Source: Klebsormidium nitens
Lineage: Eukaryota; Plantae; Klebsormidiophyceae
Length of the DNA: 64,000 nt
NCBI GenBank assembly: GCA_000708835.1
Contig: DF237029.1
Coordinates: 148,658 to 212,657, forward strand
Direction of reading: 5' to 3'
Every line of letters begins with the position of its first letter. Within the stretch, counting starts at the first letter, position 1. The translations under genes were made by a program, and so were the position numbers. Below are positions 22,975-36,300 of the stretch, piece after piece. Below the pieces are notes generated by a model. That model was not told the DNA's origin, did not search any database, and worked only from the letters and a program-made list of their open reading frames with translations.

Positions 22975-25900
22975 TCACGACTCAGCCTCCGTATGCCGCC
23001 GCTTGCGTCCCCGCTGGAGCGACGTGATTGCTGACATCGTGCGCAACCGCGGCACGAGTGCACGCTGCAATTCCAGCATTAGCGGGGGGGCAGCTTCCAA
23101 TAGGTCGGCGTACCCCTGGCCCTGAACCACCGCCTCGTACTCTTGCACCGCGAAACTGCGCGAAAAGCAGGGTTTGCAAAAGTCGGTAAAACCACGCGAC
23201 AAGCTTGATCCAGTGTCTTGGATGCTTGCAGAAAGAGAAAGGGCTGGACTCTAATCGTTTTCTCACCACCGAGCCAGCACAGCGAAGGTCCTCGCGCATT
23301 GTGTTCACCCATTGATTCTTCCTTTGTTTTCACGAACTGATACCGACAAAAACTCCCTTCACCAAAAAGGACGTATGTCTTGTTCTTTGGAAGGCTTGGA
23401 TTGTAAAGGAAAGGGACTTATATGGCTAGAACGTCAGACGAGGTCGACTGCGCTGTAGCATCCTCTGATATCAGTCCTGAAAACCCTACGAAGGGCTTTG
23501 TGTGACCGCTTCCCTGTTGATAACTGATAACTGAAAGTACGTATGCCTATGCCTGTGCAACCGCTTGTAAACGCCACGTGATCAGACTCTCAGGGACCAT
23601 CCCGGGGCAACAGCTGCCTTGCAGTCGCGGCCAAAACCATGGTTCTCGCCGCTCTCTCTGAGACTTACGGCCGTCTAGTGTGTTCGCAGGAAACAGCGGA
23701 TGCGCAACACCTTCGAGAAACCCTAATGGTCTCAACATCAAGACTAGGTAAGCAGCCACACATATGCAAACCGGAGGTTCCCCTGCTCCATACCCGTACC
23801 CAGACAACCCCCAAACTACCCACCCGTTCCGAAGGGGCAACTTTAAGACCGTTCCGAACTAAAGAGCGTTTTTCGAGACCGCGCGCACACGCCCACCTGA
23901 GGCAGTGGCTGCGCAGCGCGCGCGCCTCGTGCGTGTCGGCGCTCTGAAGGAGCGCGCAGCAGTTGTCGACCGTGACGCTCTTGGTCAGCCGCACCTCGCA
24001 CTCCGCCTTCAGCTCGTCCAGCAGCAGCATGTTGGCCGCAGCCAGCACCTGCGCCGTGAAAGTGGTCAATTTGATGACGGACACTACCGGACGCTTTCGG
24101 ACAATTTCGACAGTTCTGAAATTTTTTTGGGCAGTTTCGGACGGTCCATTAGCAGCATGTTGGCCGCAGCCAGTACCTGCGCCGGGAGAGTGTCAGAATT
24201 TCTCGGACAGCATCGGACAGTGCCTGACGATTCTGACATCCGAGAGAATCATTCCGAGCGGTCTCGGACGTCCATCAGCAGTGTGTTGCCGCCAGCAGTA
24301 CCTCCGCCACAGAAGCGGACTGGAGGTGGCTCGGAGGAGTGCTCAAAGATAATGAAAGCACCCACAGGCAGCCTAAGCCCGCAAATGAATCTTCCCACGC
24401 CTTTATTGCCCGGTCACCAAACGACGGGGAATGTAAGCTCCCTCAAGGCGGTCAAAAGACTTGAGCGTCCAAATCAAAAACTTGCTCGGGTCATGCTGCG
24501 CCTTCAACCCAGTGGTTGCTTCGCCAACCGGATACCGCCACTAACGCAGCCCTTGCAGTGGGCGTCAGAACTCGACGGACATCATCCGTGGACAAGACGA
24601 TGCCAGTATACCACAAACAGGTTTTCGAAGGCGCCGGCAGCAGTGCTCCGCATCGTCGGATTGAAGAGAGGATACACGTGTCACACACCCACCCTCAGCT
24701 TGGGTGAACACAGCGCTTTTCGTAGATTGCCCTCCGAGCGTTGCCGGAAAAGTTGGACATAACTAATGACGATCGATGTGCCTCACCTCGAGTAGCAGGT
24801 CGGGTGACACTTCGACCACTCCGCCGTACATGAAGCGGAGCACCACCTGCGGGGACCGAGGGCTCGCTGAGCCACTCACGGACAGACACGTGTCCTCACG
24901 CAAAGGCCTGGTAGCCTTACTAGCGCCAAAAGCCAGCACGATGCACGATCGACAGCCGCATTGGTGATAAGAACGAAGGTTACGACCGATGACAAGCGGA
25001 CAATCCGGGCGATTTAAAAAGAGAGGGCGCCCCTATCTGACGCAATGGAGATGCTCTTTCAAAAGGGTTTCGCAAACAATTCCAGGGGACGCGTGGATCC
25101 ACCTCGTCCCGCTGAAGAAGCATCCGCTTTACGAGAGAGCTCGAAACAGATGTCAAAAAGGGTTTTGACCGTCCTTTTTGGATTACAATCCTTCCTCTTG
25201 AGGCAATGTGATAGCATCAAGCGCTCCCCCAAACAGGCCTCGCTATTTCTCAGCTCCCTGGCCGTCCCCTTGCAATGAGGACCGGTCATTACCGTAGAGA
25301 ATCGTCGAGCACTCGCTCTCTGTCTCCTTTTCCAGATTTTATCCTTCTTGTCTCTGTCTCTGAGTTCCTTCGAAGGATGAAGAAGTCATGCCGTTGGTGA
25401 ACGGGTTAAGGAAAGTGCAAAAGGGCACGTGGCGCATGGGGGCCATACCATGGCGACCTCGTGCGAGAGGTTGGCGAGCGACACGGAGGGCGCCTTGCTG
25501 TCGGCCATGTCGCCGTCGAACAGCGCGCGGAAGTACTCGCTGCGCGCAGCCAGGACGATGCGATGCGCGGGGATCTGCGGGACAGCACAGCTCGATGTCT
25601 GATGTAGAAGCATCGTCGGCCCCTGCTTTTGATAAAATGGCGTACGTACACCTAAAGATGGATGAGCGATAGGCCAACAGGAGAACTATGAGCATCCGCT
25701 TTCCACAACTGACCGCTGGTTCTCATCTACAATCGACTGAAGATTGCGATTGCTGCGAGTTTTCAAGGCAGCGTCCGATCCCGCAAGTGAAGAACTATCC
25801 AATCAGGCGACAGAATCGATTGACGAGCTGACCGAGGGTCTTCTCCGGCCAGGACCAGGCTGGACGCGCAACCCGCACCGTTCTCGGCCGCACACGAGTC

Positions 25901-28900
25901 CAGAGAAGCACACATGGGAACACAGGGCAACATTTAGCGGCCTGCATCGTTGGACTGTCGATTCCTCTCCAGAGCGTCACGCGCGGCGACCGCCAAGCGG
26001 TTACTTCCTGCCACATGGTCGCCCTCCTCACCTGGGTGCCGTCCGCCACGACGAGCCGGACGTCCGCGTACTGGTCCGCGCCGACAGAGCGCAGCATGTC
26101 CGTCTGCATCTTCTGGGGCATGCTGCAGCTGTCCTCGGACCCGCGCGCGCCCAGCGCCAGCTCAAACACGGTCAAAAACTGCGAGGGAGGACGGGGATGC
26201 GTGAGACGGTCACTCTCAAAAACAAAGCCAGTGAGTTTGGTGAAACTAGGCAGGAGAGTCGACTGACTTCGGATTTTGCAAGCAAGAGGAAAGGGCTTGG
26301 GTGTGACCCCTGCAGGAGGAGATTGCGGAAGGCGACTGACTGGGCTTGAGCAATCAATCTGGAGTTGGCAAGCGAACCCTGTCTCAATTGGACTCAGATG
26401 GATTCTGGAGTCGCTCCTGGCCTCGCTTCCTATTTCATGATCGAAAAGAATCTGCTCAAACAGAACTCGATCCAGTTCGTGAGCCTCTCATCAAAGTCCC
26501 GCTTATCCATTTTGAAGGACGTCGAGAAAGAGCGCTGGAGCCTCCAACCATGGGACAAGGTTGCAACATCCCAAGAGCTGATCTGCCGCAGATCCACCAA
26601 AAGGGAAGCGTTACCAGCGACTTACTTCGATTGGCTGCTCCACATTGCGGTATCCCCCGAACACGTGGAGCCCTGCAAGAACCAAACACGGAGACTGTTA
26701 CGGTGTAGAAACGGTTGCTACCACAGCGGGCGGGCTCGTTTCGTGTCTTTCAAAAAGGGCCTCGACTCCGAAGCCGACGCTTCTGCGAGGAACAGTGGAG
26801 CAGCTGCGATGCGAAGTGAGTGGATGATTCGAGGTTATTGCACAAGAACAGATTAAAAACTCAAGTCAACTGCGCCCCATAAGAACTTAACACTGGTATG
26901 GTAAAAGTCGTGACGGTTTCGGAAAAGCCGTTCATCGGGCATCGTCATTCACCGGGCTTGATCTAAACACTGCTTGCGCCAGCCGTTCAGCAGTTTTAAA
27001 GAAGAGGAGAGAGAAAGGTCTGCGAGACTGATCCTCCGTTGACCGAAGGAGAAACGCGCGACAAGGACTGCAAGCGTGGCAACGCACCTCTGTTCCAGGC
27101 GACTCCCGCATGGTCCGCAACATCGGGGGGGTGGAACTCCTCCTTGCAGTGCACCGTTTGCCAGGCCCCCGTCTGCAGCCAGAAGCCGGATTCTCATTTT
27201 CATTTCGTGACACATCTTGCTGGCCACAGTCAGAGGCTTGACTCTGAGTATAGACAAATCGAGCCAGCCAAGACACATGCTTAAACTGAAAGAAAGAGCG
27301 CGCAAGCTGAACGAGTCACTGCGATTCAGGATCTCGTGAGTCTTCCCCACACACGACTTGTAGGTGTAGTGCCGCTGATAAACGTTGTTGGTTCTTAAAG
27401 ACAGAGGCTTACTTCTATGTTAAGTGCCGCCGTCAGAGCCGTTGGCACGTGGTCGTCCGATATCCAACCCCCGAATATTACCATCGACTTGTCAATAACT
27501 GCAAAGCGCAAAGGCCGATGTGAGCAATCCACGAAGCTCTTTGTCGACTCTTTCCATGGGAAATTGAGAGACACCGCGCTTGGTACAACCAGTTCCTCAA
27601 GCCAGTCCCGGCGCGCGACGATGACTCGACCTCACGACCGTCGCAAGCAGCACATAATGTCTTCAAAAGACAAAATCCGACTAAGGCGATGAACTTCGCA
27701 ACACAAAAGGAAACCACGCCCCAATCTCAAACAAGACAGAGTAAGATGACAGATAACCCTGACCACCTGAAAGCCACACGTCAAGGACGTGCTCACTTGA
27801 CCACTATAACTCCGGAGTCCTTTCTTTTTACAGACAACTGCTTACCTACTGCCGTGTGCTCGCTCCTGGCGGGGGGCACATCCCCCTGCCCCAGCACAGG
27901 GGTCCACACGTTGCGGTTGATGTCAAAGCGCCAGGTGTCGTTCAGGCGATAGGGGCTCTGGTGGCATCCCCCAAACACGATCAGCTCCTTGTTGTTGACT
28001 GCTACGCACGAGTGGCCGGACCGCGGCTGGGGCTTGTTGGGGGCCATCTGAGGAGCGAGAGAGGAACGTTTGACAATGTTTGAGCAAGTTCGGCTTGTTG
28101 CTAACACTGGCAAAGGGCCGAGAGTTGATACTTTGACCATAAATCTGAGCATCGACGTATAAGGCAGCCGTTCCTACTTTGACAAACGACCCTCATCTCC
28201 AGCCCTCAGCTCCTGACGACTTCTTTCCGAAGTCAGATATTTTGAAAAGATCCAGAAGTTGCAACAAAATCATGAAGAAGTTACGATGATTTTTAAGAGG
28301 CCATGGTGAATCACCTTTTCACTCGACGAAACTTCCGACCAAGTCATGGTCTCGAAGTTGAACCTGTAAACGTCATTGCGCCTCTCGCCGGTGGTCGTGT
28401 GCTGCACGATCAGAACCAGGTTGGTCGAGTAAGTGCGCAATACATCTCACAAAGAGCAAAGTGATCAGCTCTTGATTGAGGAAGCCGCTGGTGCAGTCTG
28501 CATGTTCGAAGTACTCGCTTGCAAACCGTAGTAGACTGCCTCTTTTGAGAAACCAATGCGACCTTTCCCAATAACATGCGTCAAGACAGTGAGAAAACTA
28601 TACTACTGTCTTTTACAGACCTCAATCAACCCTGCTAGTGATGGCAATGAAATATTCATTTGGCTTCTCCATTGCTTGACGCAGCTATGAGCAGACTTCA
28701 TCCGAACCAATAGAGGCGACATCCCAGTAACAACACAAGAAAGTTCATCCTCACCCCTGCAATTATGTACATTGAGTTTTTGGCCACAACTGCAGCATGG
28801 CCCCGACGGGGGCACGGCGCGGGGGACTCATCCAGGGAAGTGACAGGGGCCCAGCGGCAGGTGCGCAGGTCCAAGTGCCAGAGATCGTTCAGATACTCCT

Positions 28901-29632
28901 CGTTCGTGCCCGTGGTCTCGCCACCAAACACATACCTGTGAAGTGGAAGAGGACAGAGCATTTGCATGTGGAGATGGTTCCTTTACTATTCACGCTAGTG
29001 TGCAACACAAATGGGGAAGGGCACGCTCATACGTAGGGGTGCAAACGCTTGCTATTGCGTGGTCGCTTGTTGAGGTGTTCAACTTGTCGATTTCTCCAAC
29101 CGAGGATGCAAACATGTAAGAAAGAAGGTAGCTTCATGGGCTGTCAATGCTGCTTTCTCATAGCACACACGCCATACCTGTCTGTCACTGACAGTGAATC
29201 TAAATCTCTTCATCTGCGCAGAAACCCTGGAACGATCAACCTTCTTCGGTGCTCCGAACCTCCTGCTACTCTGCAGCAAGAGAAGACTCTGCATTTCAAG
29301 CCTGGAGTAGGATGCTGGCGCGAGCTGACTCACATGCCATGCTCCCAGATGACTGCAGTGTGACCGTCCCTCTCGCACGGCCCTGGCTCCAGTCCCATTA
29401 ACAGCTTCCACTCCCCACCCTTCAGACTGTAGCTCAGCACCTCGCTCGAGCACAGGTTCTCCCCAAGGTGACCCCCAAAGCAGATGATGGAATCATTGTA
29501 GAGCGCCGCAGTGTGTCCCGCACGACCTGCGGGGTTGCCATGCCGCCAGTACCCAACTACCGGTGCTGGACCTGTCGCATTGGCATTGGGACCGGCCGCA
29601 GCGGAGGCGACTGGGGGCCGCGATCGCGGCAT
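22975..29632 (-). CDS. Kelch-repeat (6 blades) + BTB/POZ + BACK-like protein, LZTR1-like domain order, 547 aa
   Basis: 12 exons: 29632-29334, 28935-28755, 28401-28315, 28047-27846, 27498-27413, 27172-27088, 26672-26626, 26178-26032, 25574-25458, 24846-24787, 24048-23897, 23155-22975 (1644 nt, all phases match). Kelch motifs R.GH.A....M.(V/I)FGG...ND.W..D....W occur six times. BTB: YADVRLVV..IPAHRIVLAARSEYFRALF..VLRFMYGG..VLAAANMLLLDELKAEC..VTVDNCC..AD...A..L...C. An additional upstream exon cannot be excluded. Confidence 0.85.
24010..24310 (-). repeat. Degenerate tandem triplication (period about 125-128 bp) of a 3' splice site plus the start of the downstream exon
   Basis: The real exon start at 24048 (gcgcag|gtgctggctgcggccaacatgctgctg) is copied at 24176 (gcgcag|gtactggctgcggccaacatgctgcta) and, more decayed, at 24301 (gcggag|gtactgctggcggcaacacactgctg). 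Confidence 0.85.
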
Positions 29633-29800
29633 CTTTGGACAAAAGGGCTAGGACCAGGACTCAAAGTTGTACCATGCCAGGAAGTTGGTGACTGTGGCGC
29701 TTTGAAGAGATAGATATACCCCTAGAAGCTCTCCTAAAACTTGCAGCTAGAGAAGAAGACAGAGCTACTGCGAGGTGGAGCCAAGGGCAGATGTTGAGAA

Positions 29801-29853
29801 TTAGGGTTTGAAGGGCCCAGTTCCCCTCAGTTCTGATCGCAAGTTTAGGGTTT
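29801..29853. promoter_or_regulatory. Two telo-box motifs (TTAGGGTTT) and a site-II-like GGGCCCA in the divergent Kelch-BTB/SKIP24 spacer
   Basis: ttagggttt at 29801-29809, tttagggttt at 29844-29853, gggccca just after the first box. Function is inferred from the angiosperm telo-box/site II module. Confidence 0.4.
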
Positions 29854-30231
29854 GAACTCAAAATATCTTTGAGAGCATGCTTCAGAAGTGGATCCCTTCT
29901 CTCGGGGAGCAAGCGGACGGCGGGGCACTTGTTCTAACGCGGCAGCCAGATCTACGGCGTGCACTTTTTCTGGGGCCATGGCTGCGCTTTTTCCACAGCT
30001 GGCATACCTAGCTTTTCCCTCACCTTGCTGTGCAGAGTCCAGACTGGTCATGGTGACTCATCTGTGACAGACGTGTGCATGAGCTCTTGTTTCCTCCCTG
30101 CGCCATCAGCTCCTGCTTCCCTTCTGTGGCCTTCTTTGGTCTAACAAAGGTTTGACATCGCGCTTTGCCATAGTTTAAGGGCAGCGCTCAGCGCCCTCTT
30201 ATCTTTCAGCAGCAAAACTTGAATTCTCTGT

Positions 30232-32678
30232 ATGGACAACTCGTCGTCCCTGCCGGACGAGCTCTGGCTTGCAGTCCTCCACGCCGGCATTGACAATCTT
30301 GGGTGGGAGTGCCGGGACGTGTGCAGCCTGGGCCTTGTCAGCCGGCGCTTGCATGGGCTGACAGACTCTAATGACCTGTGGGCCAAGCTGTGGAGTAAGG
30401 AATGGCCTGGGGATGTCAAGAAGGAGGATCCCGGCTGCTGGAAGAGGGTCTTCCGCTTCAGGTTGGGCTCTGAAAGGATTGTTTCTTCTGCCATTTTTAA
30501 AGTCGTTTGTAGTAGGTCTGTTGTCTGGTTGTGTTGCAACACTTTGAATCCTTGTTTGAAGAGCCTGGGTGGGACGTGCTTCCATGCATGTTGCATGGCC
30601 TTTCGAACAAGGTTTTGCACGGAGGGGAAAAGTCATCAACTTGTCCTATTGTGAGTATGCCTTTTGGGTGAGCTGAGGACCATGGGGCATGTTCCAGTCA
30701 CTTTTGAGAGGACTTTCATAAGTCCAAAGGACAACGACAGCATTCTTGCAGCACATCAAGGGGAAGCATTCTTGTTAAGACCTGATGTAAGGTACAAAAG
30801 TTTAGGAACTGCAGAACTTGCTAGATTCGAATCCTAGGACATAAAAGCTGGCTTGTCTGACATGCCACAGAGCTGTTCCATCCTCCTTGATCTGCATTTG
30901 CAGTATTAGTGCTGAACTTGTACGGTTAAGTTTGCTTTGTCACAAGGCAAGTAGTTTGATTGTATGTTGCCCTTCAGACAGCCCGGCAAGAAGCTGGTTT
31001 CAATGACCAGGCAATCTAATCACTGGTGTTTTTAGTGAACCTGCTTACTGCTTTGGGGTTCTTCCGGCTTGTTCTGCATTAGCAGCATTCTGGCTACTGT
31101 GTTTCTTGCAGAACAACAGGGAACAAATGGCAAAGGAGATGTCCATCTTTCGATGGCTGCCAAGACATCGATGTCTTGGCAGCCATCAGCTTGCAGCATT
31201 GCCATTTTCAGCCCATGCTTTCCAAGTTATGAAGTGAACGATCCCCAACCTTGCTAGATTCCTCCTGGGCAGGTATGAGCGAGAGGCGACACAGCGCAAG
31301 ATGGCCCACAACCGAAAGGTGCTGCGGCTGCAGAGCAAGGCCGCTGTGCTTCGGCGAGACGCACGAACCGACGAGAGGACCCTGCAGGATGAATGTGGAC
31401 GCCTGGTCACGACGCAAGGGAAGCTGAAGGAGCTCGAGCAACAAAGGTGGGTGGTGTTTTCCAAGAACTCTTGGAGCAACCAGACAGGGGATGGTGGAAG
31501 GGCCCAAAACGCCTCTTTCACAGAGCTTCCATTGTTTGATATTCAAACGCCTCTTCCACGAAACTCCCGGTTCGAGGACAGGCGACCAGTAAGACTCTCA
31601 TAGGAGTTTCACTGCCATGCTAAACCTGGTTCTAGTGCTTTCCTTCTTCAAACTGGTGCACTGCTCACTCAAATGGCTGAGGAATTTCGGGTGCTTCCAG
31701 GCAGGCGTCCGCTGCGGTCCAGGTCTGGCAGCCGGTCGCCGTGCACAATCGGCTGTCTGACCTCTTGGAGCAGCAAGCTGTCCCCATCGGCGCCCAGGCT
31801 GAAGCCCTGCGGCACGAGCTGGCGGTGTGTGAGCTGCGGATTGCGCAGCTGCGGAGAAGCAAGGTGGGGATAGAGAATTTGTGAACGGTTGCACTTGTTG
31901 CATTCAAGTATTTGAGATGGCTTGCCTTTGAACATGATGGATTCTGTCGTGGAATGAAACAGGGAGAAGACCGGCAGCACTGATGCGTCTCCTTGACTAG
32001 GTGCCCCCGTTTTCAGCGAAAGGTGGGGCGTGAGGTGTCAGTGTCAAACTCGAGCTAGCAGTTAGAGATTCTTAGTGGAGTTGGTTCGCTATACATGTCC
32101 TCCTTCGGTCTAATCAGCGTTCGCTTACCTGTCGAAATTGCGGATCCAGAACTTCTTAGTATTTGATGAGGTGTGGTATCCTTTGGCAGAAACGGAAGCT
32201 CGCGGAGGCGGACGAGATTGACAGCCGGGTGGCGCACTTACAATACGACCCTGTGACTGCCCTCGCGGAGGAGCGGCAAAGTCGAAGGAGAGATGCGGCT
32301 CGCAAAGAGTCAGTCAGGGCTGAGCAAGCTGCGGCTGAGAAGGCTGCTTTCGAAGCACAGCGCGAAAAGAGGGAGGAGCCGGTGCTAAACGAAAAGGGGG
32401 CAGATGTCGAGCATTCGGCACTAGCGAGTCATAGACAGCCGAAACGAGCTCGAGTTGAGAAGGACTCGAGCGTCGTACATAGGGAAAGCAGCACATCGTA
32501 TTGCAGTGGGGGAAGTGTCGACCAAAAGCTTAGTGGTGATGGGGGGCAGTCGTTGAATTGTGAAGGTGAGAGTAGGGAACCCAGGAGGCGAAGCCTGGCG
32601 CACATAGATTGGTCGAAGGTTGGTATGCGGCCAGCTTCGCCCCAGTTGTCCACTATCACGAGCAAGCAGCGAATTTGA
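30232..32678 (+). CDS. SKIP24: F-box protein SKIP24 orthologue, 351 aa
   Basis: Exons 30232-30461, 31273-31446, 31701-31863, 32190-32678 (1056 nt). F-box-like LPDELWLAVL..DVCSLGLVSRRL..DSNDLW; family motifs RYERE..AHNRKVLRLQS, RQASAAVQVWQP....LEQQAVP and LQYDP. Confidence 0.8.
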
Positions 32679-33319
32679 GTTATCGGTGATGTCGGGGTGT
32701 AGTTAGGGAAAAAACAATTCTGGTGCACAGGTTTGAAAAAGTCACTCGTTACAGCCGTTGTTTGTGACGCGGCTGTTCGTCTGCATGATCCTGCTGCACG
32801 CGGCAGCCTGCGGCTGAGAAGTCTCAATGTTGGACGATTATCATGCATCATGAGTGATTGACATGCATCAAAGTTGGACGACTGCATCGGTCAAACCTGC
32901 AGCTCAGTAGCCTGGGCGGCGCGATGCCTGAATCTGGCTAGGAACATATGTACATCCGGGGCCGTAGCGGCGGCGGCGTCGCTACCATACACATTCTATT
33001 GCATTCATGAGTTTGGTCGCGGCCATATATATCCATCATCACGATATCCTGTGATTTCTTGAGGCAATGATACTGCTACGATCGCGAATCGGGGTCTGGC
33101 TGTAGGCACATGTCCGACATGCACCCTCTAGAAATCAAGCCTGCATGGCTATATATATATGATTGAATGACTCGTATGATTGTACTTATGACCTTATCAG
33201 GAGGAAGAAGACCTATTGAATCACCAGTATGTACACAGTGTATCAGTCTGTACATCACCTGCAAAAGTCGACTACATAGCGGCCCCCAACGTGCGTCTGA
33301 TCCAGCTTTGCGTGCAAGA

Positions 33320-36300
33320 TCAAGCGGATGTTCGCTCGCTTTGCATGTTCTCACCTTTTGTGGGCGCTCCTTGTGCCGCCCTAGCAACTGACAACTCCGC
33401 TGATCCACTCGGTTCCGGCGCACCTGCTTGCCAGTCTCCTATTGACGAGATCTGAACCACCGTTTGAGACGCCGATGCTTCTGTGTCCCCAGGAATCGAA
33501 GTCGCCTCTGCATCTTTTTTTGGTTTCACCTTCTTGGCCGAGTCCAGGCTCAGCCCTTCCATCGCAATCTCCGCTTCGATCTCTGCCAGCTCCGAGTCGA
33601 TTGCATCCGAGTTTTCTCCGGCGCCGAGTCCTGTGGTGAAGAATCAATCTTACTTCACACACCGTAGCTTGTCTTTCATAATGCCGGCATTGCGTCCTTT
33701 CTAAACGAAATTCTGACACTGATAGGAGGATGAACCGCAAAAGCTTCAATGCGACTGGACACCTCGATCCACTTTTGCAAGTAAAGAGAGCCAATCACGA
33801 AATGGTTACAGAGAGGAGGTCAATCCTCCGAACTCGAATGTGCTTTCGTCATTTCTTTCTTGCCTTCGGATCAACCGCGACTAGTGAGCGCGCGCTGTCA
33901 CATCAGCAACAAATGCGGAAATAGAGCGGCTTACCCAGCGTGTCCTGTACTTCCTGGTGGCTCGTGAGTGCCCCGTCGACTTGCTGCATGCACGACTCAG
34001 CCTCCTCCAAGGTGACCGTCGAAGCCCGCAGCGTCTGCACCCCGGCCTGCAGCGCACTCGTTACCTGCCACCGGAGCAGATTGCAGGAGGGTGTGGGGCC
34101 AGATACGAAACCCGAATTCATGTGGAGGAAGGTGGGGGTAAAGTGGGCGGTTGAATTTACTAACTCTAGCAACGATGAGAAGATGAATTTGGAGACCTTT
34201 CATTTGCCCTTGGCCGCCAAGAGTGGCTCGATCTTAGACCAGCAGTGTGGTCGGAGAGAACTACCTAGTAAAAGTGCAGAATGGGAAGCATGGAATATAT
34301 GCGGTTTTGAAACAAAGTGAACCCAGTGAACCCAGTGAGCCGGAAGCAGACTCGAAGCTCTTGGAACCGCCCTCAAGCAGACGGGTTGGGTCGATACAGA
34401 AACGCACAAGACATGTAATTTGGTATGTCAAAAAGGCTTACCTGTTGCGTCACCTCAGCTTGGTCAACTTGCAGCAGCAGCTCTTCTAGCTTTGCGGCAT
34501 AGTCGTTGCATTGCCGGGCCGCCCCCTCCCACAGCTTGAAGCGTCGCAGGCATCGCAGCCCCAGGGCACGGTCCTTCTTTTTCACGGCGCTGTGAGCCGT
34601 CTCCCGAGCCCTGTAAGGGATTTCCTCGAATGAATAGACACAACGACGCCACTTGGGCAATCTCAATACGAAACTCGGACGCTGAAAGGATTTTCGGAAG
34701 GATTTTTCTAGGAGGAAGGAGTTTTGTCAGCCTGTTTCCCTGTTTCTGCGATGCTGGTGACATCACTCTTTGGCCGGAGTCAGAGAGACGCTGATGTCCT
34801 TTAAAACTCTCTATCAGCGGCCGGCGAAAGGCGCTGGAAGGCGGGCCAGCCCGGACTCGCTTCCGACTTCAAACGTGTGAGTCCAGAATTTTCTTGGTCC
34901 GACATGTCGTATATGCTGATGCCATGGCTATCAAGAAGTAGGTCGATAGCCTATGACCTATCTGATGCTCTTGCAGCTCAAGATCTTGGGTCCAGTTCCA
35001 CCACTCACTCGGCAGCTCGCCGCATCAGCGCTTCTGCACGTTCCTCCAGGCCCCGCATTGCACTCTTCAGGTGCACCCGCTGCCGGTCCTGATCCGTAAC
35101 AGCCGGCACCCGTTTCTCCCCTCTGGCCGCAACCTTGACTCCGCGTACTTCCTTCCCCGCAGCCACAGTTGAAACCAGAGCAACCCTTCGCCGTCGCAGC
35201 AGTTCGTGCAGTACGAGCTGCGCCTCCCGGGGGTTTTGATGGATGGAAAGTAGGACGGGGTCCAGGAGGAGGACGGTGTGGCCTGAAGCGGGGGTGATCT
35301 CAGTCTCCACCTTGTCTGCCCGCTCCTGCAGAAACCAGACTGCTGTCATTAGGCAGGGGTCTGAAAGGCGCCCTGGCTTCAATGGTGGACTCTTTCTGAT
35401 CTCTCCGTTGTGGACAGATAACATGGAAACAATGATACCGACGACCTAGCTTTGAGACTGCACTGTTCTGAATGAGATTGTCTGAAGAAAGTGGCAGCCT
35501 CTGCTCATATGAGGGTTCATTTCTCTGAGCAGCATGGAAAGCAGTGGTTGCGGAAGGTCAGTCGTGTTGATTGTGTGGTGGATGCAGGCTGTGTCGACGA
35601 CTTTCCTGAGTCTCTTTGTACGAAGAGTCCTGCAGGCCTATCTTATGTTGCCCAGTCCCTGTGCTTGGTAAAGTTCGCTTCGGTCCGTCAGTCTCGGCAA
35701 AAATCAGTTACCTTCAAAAGATCCATGATGACCATCTCCTCATCCAGCCGGATTCCGCTTGCATCTTCCCCTCCAAGAAGACCGCCAACAACTTGCTTGG
35801 CCACTGTTGCGCTCCTTGCCAGTTGTACAACAGACCATCGAATCCAGGAACGATCGTAGCTTCCCATAAGTCCACGGAAACTTTGCAGCTGTCTCCTGCG
35901 ATGCATTTCGACCTGGGGTGGACCAAAAATCAGCTTTTGGCTGAGACTGCTCTAAATTACTGAAATACAGTCTGATTGGGTCTAAGCATCCCCCTTATTT
36001 TCGGCTTTTTTGTTGATTAACACAATAGAGAGCAAGTGGAACATGGATGACATGTTGCTAATGAGCCTGAAGGCAAGTCCACGAGGCTTCAGATGACTTA
36101 AAGTGCAAACATGCAATACTGGAAAGTCAGAAGACAAGTACAATGTATATCCATGCTTGTTTGCAGGCCTTCCTCCTTATTAAGTACTTCTTACCAGAAC
36201 CTGGTCCAAGCCCAAAGGTTTCAGGCCGCCCCTTTTGAACATCACATTCCTGACCTGCATCAGTTTTTAGACAACATTAGACATTCTAAAGTAAGTCTTG

